DNA of 64,000 nt from an uncultured Bdellovibrio sp. (GTDB lineage: Bacteria; Bdellovibrionota; Bdellovibrionia; Bdellovibrionales; Bdellovibrionaceae). Below are positions 39,273-49,015 of the stretch, piece by piece. Numbering within the stretch: position 1 is the first letter of the stretch; each line of letters starts with the position of its first letter. The notes below the pieces were generated by a model, which did no database searches, was not told the origin of the DNA, and saw only the letters and a list, made by a program, of their open reading frames with translations. A program made the translations under genes and the position numbers. Location of the stretch: positions 96,001 to 160,000 of the forward strand of contig CAWVRN010000005.1 in the NCBI GenBank assembly GCA_963932905.1, in the 5' to 3' direction.

Positions 39273-41438
39273 ATGTCTGTGATCGTACTACCTGAAAAAT
39301 ACTATCTAACCCATTTCTTTGAGCTTATTCAGCATTTAGAAGCTCACTACCAACAGGTATTTGAACCGGCCCACGTAGACTTCCTGAAATCCTTTTATGC
39401 GCTTTCCGAAGATGCCAAGTGTGCCTATGTTCGCATGATCAATCGAAAAGGTTTGGTTTTTAGTAATGTTTCGTTCACTAAATATCCCGAAATCGCAGAT
39501 CCGATGGCGGCGTTAAAAGAGTTAGACGAAGCTCGATTTCTTTCTCGAGTGAACGAGTCAGATAAGCCTCTTTTAACAGAATTTTTAACCAAAACAGATT
39601 TGGCCAAATGGTTGAAAAAATCGGGATTACGGGTGGCCTCGTCGGAATCTCGTGGTGATTTAATTATCAAAGCGCAAACACATCAAGATCAACTCCTGCT
39701 AAGTAATTTGGACATGCATACTGATCTTTTTGTCCAACGTCGATTTGAAGAATTAGATTATTTGTTATTTTTATATTTTGGAAAAATTCAACGAAACTTA
39801 ACGTTATATACATTACGTGATTTGGGTATTCGCCAAGCCCATTCATTAAAGAATGATTTTAAAGCTCGATACACAGATTTGTCGTCAGCAAAACAAGACT
39901 ATTTTTTCTATTCAGAAATTGAACGTCTTGGTGAGGTTCAATCTGAAGCAGAAATTTTAGAAAAACTTGAGTTCAGTCGTTCCGCTCCATCCAATCCTAT
40001 TAAAGATCAATGGTTGTTGGGCGTGGCGATTAAATTTGAAGATTTGAATCGAGACATTACGCTGTTGGCTTTGAATAGCTGCCAAAGTCACCCGGCGCGT
40101 GAGCGGAAGGCTCGATTGTTGTACAAATGGGAACAAGTAGAACAATCGAAGGCCGTTTTGGACGCGATAATAGAAGATCCACATTGTGACGAAGAACTTT
40201 TATTCGCCGAAGATTTTTTTGCGAGAAAATTCGGTAAAAAACGAACGGGTTCATTGACAGATATTTTAAATAATTCAAAACAGGTCACACTCAGTGATAT
40301 TTTTTTAAAAAAACCAGAGCAAGGCGTAATCGATTTATATGAAAAACAAGGTTACACCGGTCAGTTTGTTGAAAACTATCTTTGGGTAGGTTTGTTTGGA
40401 TTGATTTTCTGGGATGAATTGTTCACCGGTCCTATGGCTAAATTGTTTAATCCTTTTGATCGTAAACCAGCAGATCTGACTGGTCCGGATTTCTACAATC
40501 GCAATGAAGTACTTTTAGAATCAAAATTAGTTCAAATGAATGACTATAACGCGATCGAATTTATTATCCTTAAAACAGTGACGGAACACTATGGTAAGAT
40601 GAATGATTTGTTTCAATGGTCCACAAACCTAGCGCCAATGGTTTTGGACTTCGTCAGAAAGACCAGAAATAAAAATGTCGCTCATATCTTAAGAACTATG
40701 GCACGTCGGTTTGATGTTTATCACAGTGGTTACCCTGATTTGATGCTTGAGAAAAATGGCGAGATTAGTTTCATCGAGGTAAAGGCTGATGGGGACTCAT
40801 TAAAATATAAGCAATTGTCAAAAGCTCGTTTGCTTCGTGAAGCTGGCTTTGATGTTGAAGTTTTAAGGGTCAAATGGCAAAGCGATCCTAATCAAGTTTA
40901 TGTAGTTGTAGATTTGGAAACGACGGGTGGTGCTCCTCATTCTCATCGTATTACCGAAATTGGTGCTGTCAAAGTTCAAGGTGGAAAAATTATCGATGAA
41001 TTCCAAACTTTGATTAATCCCGAGCGACCGATTCCCCCGTTTATCGAGAAACTAACTGGTATTACTAACGAGATGGTGGCAACGGCTCCGAAATTCTCTG
41101 AAGTGGCTGAACGATTTAATCAATTTACGGACGGTGCAATTTTCGTCGCACACAACGTGAAATTTGACTATGGTTTTATTCAAAAAGAGTTTTCTAGAAT
41201 TGAACAAGATTATTCGCGCACACATTTGTGCACCTGTATTGGCATGAAGAAAAGTTTCCCTGGGATTAAATCTTATGGATTGAAAAACTTAACCAATCAT
41301 TTTCAAATCTCGTTGACCCAACATCATCGCGCGTTGTGTGATGCTCAAGCATCAGCAGAACTATTATTATTAATGACAGGCTATAAGGAACCTAATCCAC
41401 GCAAAACGGAAGAACCCGTAGCTGAACAAGAAACCTAA
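39273..41438 (+). CDS. FAN1-like VRR-NUC nuclease fused to a DEDDh (DnaQ-like) 3'-5' exonuclease
   Basis: FAN1-type N-terminus (YYLTHF...YVRMINRKG); GYPDL...FIEVK PD-(D/E)xK motif; VVDLETTG, AHNVKFD, HHRALCDA. Confidence 0.88.
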   Translation: MSVIVLPEKYYLTHFFELIQHLEAHYQQVFEPAHVDFLKSFYALSEDAKCAYVRMINRKGLVFSNVSFTKYPEIADPMAALKELDEARFLSRVNESDKPLLTEFLTKTDLAKWLKKSGLRVASSESRGDLIIKAQTHQDQLLLSNLDMHTDLFVQRRFEELDYLLFLYFGKIQRNLTLYTLRDLGIRQAHSLKNDFKARYTDLSSAKQDYFFYSEIERLGEVQSEAEILEKLEFSRSAPSNPIKDQWLLGVAIKFEDLNRDITLLALNSCQSHPARERKARLLYKWEQVEQSKAVLDAIIEDPHCDEELLFAEDFFARKFGKKRTGSLTDILNNSKQVTLSDIFLKKPEQGVIDLYEKQGYTGQFVENYLWVGLFGLIFWDELFTGPMAKLFNPFDRKPADLTGPDFYNRNEVLLESKLVQMNDYNAIEFIILKTVTEHYGKMNDLFQWSTNLAPMVLDFVRKTRNKNVAHILRTMARRFDVYHSGYPDLMLEKNGEISFIEVKADGDSLKYKQLSKARLLREAGFDVEVLRVKWQSDPNQVYVVVDLETTGGAPHSHRITEIGAVKVQGGKIIDEFQTLINPERPIPPFIEKLTGITNEMVATAPKFSEVAERFNQFTDGAIFVAHNVKFDYGFIQKEFSRIEQDYSRTHLCTCIGMKKSFPGIKSYGLKNLTNHFQISLTQHHRALCDAQASAELLLLMTGYKEPNPRKTEEPVAEQET

Positions 41439-41448
41439 GGAGTGAAAT

Positions 41449-41979
41449 ATGAATTGCCCATGTGGAAATTCCAAACCGTATGAGTCATGCTGTGAGCCAT
41501 TTATCAAAGGTACAGCGTTTCCTGAAACGGCGGAACAATTAATGAGATCGCGCTATACTGCTTATGTAAAAGGTGATGTTCAATATATTCACGATACGTT
41601 AGCGCCAGAATCACGTCATGATTTCGATATGGCCAGCACTAAAAAATGGGCTCAACAATCAAAATGGTTAGGGTTGAAAATTCAATCGGCTCAGGGCGGA
41701 GCGAACGATAAAAAAGGTAAAGTAGAATTCACGGCGACCTACAATGATAAAAAAGAAACGCTAGAACATCACGAGGTGTCTGAGTTTCGTAAAGATGAAA
41801 ATAATCATTGGGTGTTTGTCGGCGGTGAAGCCCACACGCATAAAGAAGGTGAGGGGCACCACCATCATCATACTAAAGTGGAAACTGTGGTTCGTGCAGA
41901 ACCTAAAATTGGTCGCAATGATCCGTGCACCTGTGGAAGTGGTAAAAAATATAAAAAATGCTGTGGAGCTGCGGCGTAG
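41449..41979 (+). CDS. ychJ: YchJ family protein with SEC-C motif
   Basis: CPCG...[33 protein letters not shown]. Confidence 0.9.
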   Translation: MNCPCGNSKPYESCCEPFIKGTAFPETAEQLMRSRYTAYVKGDVQYIHDTLAPESRHDFDMASTKKWAQQSKWLGLKIQSAQGGANDKKGKVEFTATYNDKKETLEHHEVSEFRKDENNHWVFVGGEAHTHKEGEGHHHHHTKVETVVRAEPKIGRNDPCTCGSGKKYKKCCGAAA

Positions 41980-41997
41980 ATTTTTTGAACCCCCCGG

Positions 41998-42237
41998 TTT
42001 TTGGGAAGGGAAGAGACTTCTTCTTTTCCTTGAAGCTTGGTTCTGGGTGGTGCGGGGATCTTCCTTTTGAGATGCTTTTTTAAAAAGATATAAAAAAGCC
42101 TCGGCAGTCCTCGTCCGCGCTGAACGCGTGTCTGTGGAACTCATTTTTTTATATCTTTTTAAAAAAGCATCTCAAAAGGAAGACCAGGCTTGAATTGGCG
42201 CTTCGAGGAAAAGAAGATGTTTCTTCCTTTCCAAAAA
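41998..42237 (+). repeat. Rod-shaped 240-nt palindromic element, copy 2
   Basis: Perfect 39-bp inner stem (42059-42097/42145-42183); outer stem with G.T wobbles; same internal-loop motif as 30767-31005. Confidence 0.85.
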
Positions 42238-42387
42238 TTACCCAAATACCCAAAAACTTAGATTTCGTCCATTTTCTTGGCTCTTCACAAGCTTGGCCGC
42301 CTCATTTCCTATATAATGGCTTTGGTGGCAGCGAATTCATTGATTAATTTCACGGGGGAAATTTAGAGTCGAATTGCCTAGGTAAGT

Positions 42388-42915
42388 ATGCTAAACAGCG
42401 AGTCTATGAGTTGTATTAGTTGCCAAGGTACGAAAGCTTTATTGAAATGTGGTTGCTGTGAGAGTGAAGTATGTAAGTACTGTGCTCATATCTTGCCAGA
42501 AGATAATTTTTCCTTTCTGACAGAAGTGGCGCCTGAATTAAAGCATTCAGTTTACTGTCCACCTTGTTACAACACCCACGTATCTGACGTTTGGGATGAT
42601 TATCAGGCAACTATGGAAAAAGCGAAAAATATTAACGTTTATTTATCAAATCAAGGTAAAGAAACTCGACTAATTAAGCGGATTCAAAAACCAATCAAAG
42701 TGTCGGGCTGTCAAGATCATGATGAAACCCTTCTTCGTCTTGCTTTCCAGGCTGTAAAAGCCGGCTTTAATGGCTTAGTCGATGTCGATTTAGTCTCTCA
42801 AAAAGTGAAAATCGCTGGCTATCAAACTCAAACATGGAGTGGCAAGGGAACTCCAGTTAATTTGTCTGGGCATCATATAGTAAAAGATAGATCTATCTGG
42901 CAAAATCCAAACTAA
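42388..42915 (+). CDS. Hypothetical protein with Cys-rich N-terminal zinc finger and YbjQ-like C-terminal domain
   Basis: CISC...CGCC...CKYC...CPPC; LAFQAVKAGFNGLVDV...WSGKG. Confidence 0.65.
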   Translation: MLNSESMSCISCQGTKALLKCGCCESEVCKYCAHILPEDNFSFLTEVAPELKHSVYCPPCYNTHVSDVWDDYQATMEKAKNINVYLSNQGKETRLIKRIQKPIKVSGCQDHDETLLRLAFQAVKAGFNGLVDVDLVSQKVKIAGYQTQTWSGKGTPVNLSGHHIVKDRSIWQNPN

Positions 42916-43328
42916 GTAGCCCTTATATCGTAATTTCCTGGGAAAGTTGTCGATAGAAACATTTTAGGCAACAAGAATGTCGCAATCGCAATGGCAAAAA
43001 GGGCAAGACCAATCATTAAAAATTTTTTAGCTTTAACGTAGTTTTTCTTAGCATTTATTCGTGCGATGAAAAAAACAACCAAGGTTCCTGCACAAAAAAT
43101 CAACGAAATAACGTACGAGATTTTTGCGTACATTTGATTTCGTTCGGAAATTCCATAACCCCCATCGAGTTTCGAATTGTATCCGCCCACCATGTTGGCG
43201 CTTTCAGGTAGGGTGGCTGCATCCGATGATATTTTTGCTTTGGCAACATCTGAAGAATCGACAGCGTCCGCAAAACAAAAGCCAGTAGCAAATAAAAAGA
43301 AAGTCAGAAAATATTTAAAAAAAATCAT
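42912..43328 (-). CDS. Hypothetical membrane protein
   Basis: Signal-like N-terminus and two TM segments; AAGGA RBS before ATG 43328. Confidence 0.55.
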   Translation of the reverse strand: MIFFKYFLTFFLFATGFCFADAVDSSDVAKAKISSDAATLPESANMVGGYNSKLDGGYGISERNQMYAKISYVISLIFCAGTLVVFFIARINAKKNYVKAKKFLMIGLALFAIAIATFLLPKMFLSTTFPGNYDIRAT

Positions 43329-43671
43329 AGTGGGTTCCTTTTCCGTTAGCATTTACAGAATTGAAATTCGAGTCAATTTTTTTTCCTTTTGTACCAAAAA
43401 TAAAATCCCAAAAAGAAAATAGAAATCCATAATTGGTTTCTGGATTGTTGGAATCATGATGAATTTTATGAGAATCGGGGAATACGAAAACCTTTCTTAA
43501 GTTTTGGGTCACAGTGGTATTCGGAATGGAGTAATCCAGATGTGAAAGTAGAGCCTGTACTGAAAATATATGGGCAGCCAAAAGTACATGCCATTGATTA
43601 ATGTTGAGCATGACAGAAACAGCTAGCATGGCAAAACTTCGTGTGTCATTTACATAGGCAGTGTCTATCAT
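43315..43671 (-). pseudogene. Truncated sterol desaturase / fatty acid hydroxylase (C-terminal fragment)
   Basis: PDSHKIHH and NYGFLFSFWDFIFGT motifs present; N-terminal His boxes absent from the ORF. Confidence 0.6.
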
Positions 43672-43905
43672 TTACTCAATCCTGGAGACTGGTAACGAAT
43701 AGAATCTACTTCTATTTTCCAAGTGAAATGGCCTTTAGGTCAGGCTCATCCGATGACAAAACAGATCACCTAAAAAGTCTTTTAAATCGCTTTCACTAGC
43801 CTCAATGCAAAGCGATCGTCTCAAACCAAGACTAAGGCAGAATTTTAGAGTTCTGCCTTTAGAAAACCCCTAAAAATCACGATAGAGGAGGTAGGGGAGA
43901 TTCTC

Positions 43906-44553
43906 ATGTCATGGGGCGATATTCCAAGTTGGGCGAATAATACTGCGTTAGCATTGATGCAAACTCTTAGCTATGTGGATCCGATTACCTACGAACACTG
44001 TTGTCGTGTTGGAGCTTTAAGCCGCAAACTTGCTCTCAGTGCTGGTTTGAATGAATACGAACAAGCGGTTGCCGAGTACTCAGGTTTATTTCATGATCTA
44101 GGTAAAGTCGGAATTTCGAACGAGATTATTGCTAAACCTGGTAAGCTTGATCCAAAAGAGATCGATATCATGAGAAATCATCCGATCATTTCCGAAAATA
44201 TTTTAAAGCCGTTGGCTGAAAAAGATTCCTTCTTTCGCCAGCTTTTGGCGCCCGTTCGTGGTCATCATGAGCGTGTGGATGGTGAAGGTTATCCGGATCG
44301 TCTCGTTAGCGATAAAATCAATTTACTAGCACGTATCATCCTGATTGTAGACACCTATGATGCTATGTCGCAGACTCGTTCCTACCGCAAGGGTTTGCCT
44401 AATGAAGTGGTATATGCTGAACTAAAACGCTGCTCGGGTACCCAGTTCGATTCGCAATTAGTAAAGACATTCTTGGACGCCCACAAGTTTTGGTCGCAAT
44501 CTAAAGAAACGGACGAAAACTCAATTGTCGAGTACTTAAAGCGGGCAGCTTAA
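43906..44553 (+). CDS. Stand-alone HD-GYP domain protein (cyclic dinucleotide phosphodiesterase family)
   Basis: EHCCRV, FHDLGK, HHERVDGEGYP, DTYDAM...RSYR, QFD. Confidence 0.92.
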   Translation: MSWGDIPSWANNTALALMQTLSYVDPITYEHCCRVGALSRKLALSAGLNEYEQAVAEYSGLFHDLGKVGISNEIIAKPGKLDPKEIDIMRNHPIISENILKPLAEKDSFFRQLLAPVRGHHERVDGEGYPDRLVSDKINLLARIILIVDTYDAMSQTRSYRKGLPNEVVYAELKRCSGTQFDSQLVKTFLDAHKFWSQSKETDENSIVEYLKRAA

Positions 44554-44680
44554 TCCCGCTCTCTGTTTAATGTCTTTACGAGCTAGTTTTGCGGCACCAA
44601 TGAAAATGAATCCCAAACTGATGTTGTATTAATATGACATCAATTATGTGAACCATGATATGCCCCTGAAGCTACCCGGA

Positions 44681-45475
44681 CTAAGACTTATTAGTACTTT
44701 CAAATATTTTATCTGCCGATTTCGCAATAAAGCCTTGATATAATTTACCGTCCGCCATCGGATAGCGTTTCGCAAATTCATAGTAACACGCGGGAATTTT
44801 ATACGTACCGTCTTCAAACAAAATGGCAACTTCTTTCGCCATGGTTGAGCTTTGTTCCAACATCTCTTCAGGTGTGCCTTTGATCTCGCCACCTGATTGG
44901 TTCAATTGAAAACCGTTTGTTTTGATAAAGTTGTTCAATTTAGAAAGATCGTTGAATTTCTTTAGGCGGTTCACATTCACGGTGAAATGATTTGCTCGGA
45001 ATCCATACGCATACGTCCAGGCAGCATATTCACTATCTTTGTAAAGTGCCTCGTATACTTTGTGTGATTTTTTCCAAGTTGTTCCTGAATACAAAAATTC
45101 TGGCTTTTTCGTAATACTGTAATCGAAATCTTTAAAGTGAGCTTCAATAGTTGTGCGTACAAAGGGAGTAGTTTTCTCAAGCTCTAATTCACTGATGAAA
45201 ACTTTAGGCTGATTTGTATCCGGATGTTCATAGTGTTTTGCGTAGAGTTTCTTTTCTTTGAAAATATAGTCATTTTTTTCTATGTAACCTAAATCGATAA
45301 AGTGTTTGGCTAATACGGCAATACTCATACCCGGCAGATTGAACGTACGAAACGCCACGTGATCATTCAAAACAGTTTCATGTTGGTCACTCAGGAGGCG
45401 GTAGATCTTAAGAGCCTCTGGATTAAGAGATGTGTAGTCGTCCCAGAGTTGATTGAAGATGGGTAAGCTGGTCAT
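44681..45475 (-). CDS. DUF1338 family protein (2-oxoadipate dioxygenase/decarboxylase-like)
   Basis: NDHVAFRTF, KVFISEL, SEYAAW...NHFT, YYEFAKRY. Confidence 0.85.
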   Translation of the reverse strand: MTSLPIFNQLWDDYTSLNPEALKIYRLLSDQHETVLNDHVAFRTFNLPGMSIAVLAKHFIDLGYIEKNDYIFKEKKLYAKHYEHPDTNQPKVFISELELEKTTPFVRTTIEAHFKDFDYSITKKPEFLYSGTTWKKSHKVYEALYKDSEYAAWTYAYGFRANHFTVNVNRLKKFNDLSKLNNFIKTNGFQLNQSGGEIKGTPEEMLEQSSTMAKEVAILFEDGTYKIPACYYEFAKRYPMADGKLYQGFIAKSADKIFESTNKS

Positions 45476-45633
45476 TTGAACTCCGCTGGTTGGTAACGTA
45501 TTTTTCGATAGGCATTTTTATACCTATCTTTAACAATAAAATGGATTTTATCGTAAAGTCTAGCCCGCCCATGGACTGACTCCGTATCTAATACGGGGCA
45601 TTAAGCCTTGGTTGTTCGCTGTGATACCGGACA

Positions 45634-46656
45634 ATGAAATATATGAGTCGAAAAACAATTCCTGAGCTGGAACTAATCAATCAATTGAAAGAGGAATTGG
45701 GTCACATCGCTCGATTTGAAATCATCGGTGAATCCCAAGAAGAAAATCTGCGCATGCCGATTCACAAAATCAGTTTTGGCAGCACCGATCCAAAAGCACC
45801 GGTATTGGGTTTGGTCGGAGGCGTTCACGGGCTGGAACGTATCGGATCACAAGTGACGATTGCTTTACTAAATTCATTTTCGCAGCTCTATCAATGGGAC
45901 GATACCATTCGTCACAATCTTGAAAAAATCAGAGTGTTTTTCATTCCATGTGTGAATCCCATCGGAATTTTGAAAAAACGTCGATCTAATCCAAACGGTA
46001 TCGATATTATGCGGAATGCGCCCATCGATGCAGAAGATAAAGTCCCGTCTTTGTTAGGTGGTCACCGTATTTCGAATTTACTTCCTTGGTATCGCGGCGA
46101 GCATATGGAATCAGAAACAGCGGCGCTTGTGAATCATGTTAAAAAAGAAATAGAACATGCAAAAGTCGCGGTCACAGTGGATTTCCATTCGGGCTTTGGT
46201 TTTCAAGATCAAATTTGGTTTCCTTATGCGAAAACGCGAAAACCATTTGCCGATTTAGGTTATTTTGATTCGTTCATCGGGTTGATGAATAAAACGTACC
46301 CTAATCATTTTTATAAAATTGAACCTCAAGCGTACCTGACTCACGGAGATGTTTGGGATTATTTATATGACTGGAAAAGGAGTTTAAATCAACAGGACAG
46401 CGTTTTTTTACCAATGTGTTTAGAAATGGGTTCGTGGATGTGGGTGAAGAAAAACCCTCTACAAATTTTTACGCCTGAAGGGGCTTACAATCCGGTTAAA
46501 ACACATCGATATCGTCGTGCTTTACGTCGCCATAATACATTTTTTGAATTTCTAATTCGTGCCTTGTATTCGCCGCAAAGTTGGTACCCGCTGGCTCCCG
46601 ATGAACTTGAACTTCACAGAAAACAAGCAATGGAAAAATGGTATGCAAAACGTTAG
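45634..46656 (+). CDS. M14-family zinc carboxypeptidase-like protein
   Basis: GVHGLE (HxxE), VNPIG, R.NPNGID.MRN, DFHSG, LEMG. Confidence 0.85.
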   Translation: MKYMSRKTIPELELINQLKEELGHIARFEIIGESQEENLRMPIHKISFGSTDPKAPVLGLVGGVHGLERIGSQVTIALLNSFSQLYQWDDTIRHNLEKIRVFFIPCVNPIGILKKRRSNPNGIDIMRNAPIDAEDKVPSLLGGHRISNLLPWYRGEHMESETAALVNHVKKEIEHAKVAVTVDFHSGFGFQDQIWFPYAKTRKPFADLGYFDSFIGLMNKTYPNHFYKIEPQAYLTHGDVWDYLYDWKRSLNQQDSVFLPMCLEMGSWMWVKKNPLQIFTPEGAYNPVKTHRYRRALRRHNTFFEFLIRALYSPQSWYPLAPDELELHRKQAMEKWYAKR

Positions 46657-47398
46657 GAATTGGGTCCTACTTCGAGGTTTAATTCGCGGTAGTTTTCACT
46701 GGCATAAATTTCCGGATAAATTAGCGAAGGCCTTTCCAAATGATAAAATTCACCTGTTTGATTCACCTGGAAATGGAGTCAGAAATAACGAAATCAGCCC
46801 GATGCGAATCGAAGGATTCACTGAAGATCTGCGATTTTTGGCGCGTCGTCTTGATAATATCCAACTAGTGGCCATTTCCCTGGGGGGAATGGTTGCGTTG
46901 AATTGGCTCGCGACCCATCCGGAAGAAGTCGAAAATGCGTTTGTTATGAACACGTCCCTAGGTGACACCGGGCCATTTTATAAACGGCTCAACTATACAA
47001 ACTATCCACGCATTGTGAAATCATTTTTGAAAGATGAAACGGTGGTCGAAAAAATGATTTTAGATTTCACCTGCAACAGTATCGATGTTCAAGAAGAGTT
47101 ACTGGATCACAACATCGCGATGGCGCGCAAATATCCGATGAAACGCTTGAATTTCTTTCGTCAAATCGTGGCCGCTGGGCAGTCGCGTTTTGATTCACGG
47201 CTTTTAAAGTATAAAAAATTGCACCTACTTGTGTCTGCGAATGATCGATTGGTGCATCCACAAAACACGTTCAATTTGGCTCATAAATTGGGAATTACAC
47301 CCATGGTTCACCCATGGGCCGGTCATGATTTAACACTCGATGATCCGGACTTCGTGGTGGACTATTTGCGTTCCCAAATTTCCCCAACTAAGGGGTAA
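46643..47398 (+). CDS. Alpha/beta hydrolase
   Basis: LLRGLIR, DSPGNG, ISLGG nucleophile elbow, NDRLV, GHDL; ATG 46643 overlaps the upstream gene. Confidence 0.85.
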   Translation: MQNVRNWVLLRGLIRGSFHWHKFPDKLAKAFPNDKIHLFDSPGNGVRNNEISPMRIEGFTEDLRFLARRLDNIQLVAISLGGMVALNWLATHPEEVENAFVMNTSLGDTGPFYKRLNYTNYPRIVKSFLKDETVVEKMILDFTCNSIDVQEELLDHNIAMARKYPMKRLNFFRQIVAAGQSRFDSRLLKYKKLHLLVSANDRLVHPQNTFNLAHKLGITPMVHPWAGHDLTLDDPDFVVDYLRSQISPTKG

Positions 47399-47584
47399 CT
47401 GACTAAGGATTAGGCATTCCTGTAAAAAAGGGGCATAAGTGGACCTTTGTACAATCTTTTGACGCGAAAAAATTACACCTCATTGCGATTTAAGTCGAAA
47501 ATTAGTCCTAATTCATTCAAATATTGACTGGAGTTTAAATTCCATTTTTACTTCCAACTGCTTGATATGAGAGAATAAAAAAGA

Positions 47585-49015
47585 ATGATCCTAGACCACC
47601 GTGGGCGCTATAAATTTCTGCTTCTTTCCGCATTATTATGTCTAACATTTAAGGCAAATGCGTCTCTTTATTCAAATCAGTTTACTAAATTAGATTCTGT
47701 ATCTAAAGCTCCGGCATCGAATAATTTTTTCGGCGTGATCCGTTTTGAGAATATGGATTATCTGACGATGCTCCCCGATGAAGATAAATTCAATCGTCAG
47801 CAATATCTGTCGGCTCGTTTAGGTTTAACCGGTTTAAGCTATGATACCTATTGGGGTTATGGCCTAGATGTGCAAGCTGGTAAGTATAGTTACGGTGGTT
47901 CTAACTATTCCGTTCAAGAAGCATTTTTATTTTATCGCTTAGAAACTTTTTTTAAAATTTCAGTGGGCCGAAAGAAAGTCGAATGGAGTGTCTTAGATAA
48001 CTATTGGAAAACAAGTCTGTGGCAACCTAAATACGCTATCGATTATTTACGTCCCGAAGAGCAAGGGTTGACGGGTGCTTTCTTTGAATACAAACGTTCG
48101 GATTTTCAATTCGTAGCCTTAACAACGCCAATTTTCATCCCGAACATGGGTGTCGATATTCGTGAAGAAGATGGTGAGTTGCGCGCCGATAGCCGCTGGT
48201 TCCGCCAACCTTCGAACAAATATGATTTCAACGGACGAATCAAAACAATTACGTACGATATATCGGTTCCAGAAACTCGCAACTTGGTTTCAAGGCCAGG
48301 TGTCGGGTATAACGTCGCATTGGGTGATCGCTCTAAAGGTTTTTGGGCTAATCAAAGTGCTGGATACAAACCAGTTAATGATTTGCTATTGAAACGTGAA
48401 GGCTATGCTCAGGCGGCAGAGAAGAATGTAAAAGTGGTGGTGTCGCCGGATGTAACCTACCATTCCGTCCTGTCTTTAGACATCGGGTATTCATTCCAAA
48501 ACTTCAAAGTCATTTCATCCTACATCGAGGATAATCCAAAAACTAAAATTCCAACAGATGAATGGGTTATTCAAAACCTAGAGTCGATGAAGGGCTATTC
48601 GGTGATGATTGAAAATAATATCGATTATTCTTTGATTCGTGATCTGAAGATTCAATTGGGATACTTGCGTATCGATGGTGGAACAATTAGCGATATCAAT
48701 GCCAGTTCGGAGAAAGATTCTTTTACTTTATTTGATGAACGATTCTATTTCTACAATTCACTTCTGTTTAAAACGGAAGGTAAACTATTTAAATTATTCA
48801 ATCGTGATTTTACGACTAAGGTTTCTTACTTACGTGACTTCAGTCAAAAAGGTTCTTTAGTAAATACCGAATTTCAATTCTATCCCGTTCAGAACTGGGC
48901 TGTACTTGTCGGCGGCGATTTAATTTCTGTTGATGAAGAAAACGATTCTTCCGGTTTCTTGAATCAAAATCGTGCTAATGATCGTGTTTATGCGGGAGTT
49001 AGCTATGTTTTCTAG
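47585..49015 (+). CDS. Probable outer-membrane beta-barrel protein
   Basis: Signal peptide (ANA|S), beta-strand pattern, C-terminal GVSYVF. Confidence 0.75.
   Translation: MILDHRGRYKFLLLSALLCLTFKANASLYSNQFTKLDSVSKAPASNNFFGVIRFENMDYLTMLPDEDKFNRQQYLSARLGLTGLSYDTYWGYGLDVQAGKYSYGGSNYSVQEAFLFYRLETFFKISVGRKKVEWSVLDNYWKTSLWQPKYAIDYLRPEEQGLTGAFFEYKRSDFQFVALTTPIFIPNMGVDIREEDGELRADSRWFRQPSNKYDFNGRIKTITYDISVPETRNLVSRPGVGYNVALGDRSKGFWANQSAGYKPVNDLLLKREGYAQAAEKNVKVVVSPDVTYHSVLSLDIGYSFQNFKVISSYIEDNPKTKIPTDEWVIQNLESMKGYSVMIENNIDYSLIRDLKIQLGYLRIDGGTISDINASSEKDSFTLFDERFYFYNSLLFKTEGKLFKLFNRDFTTKVSYLRDFSQKGSLVNTEFQFYPVQNWAVLVGGDLISVDEENDSSGFLNQNRANDRVYAGVSYVF

Noticed and set aside
41761..42144. 127-aa and 91-aa ORFs over the ychJ end and rod element 2
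   Set aside because: Shadow frames of ychJ and of the palindrome
43834..43859. AAGGCAGAA-N8-TTCTGCCTT palindrome upstream of the HD-GYP gene
   Set aside because: Single occurrence; cannot tell operator from terminator from chance
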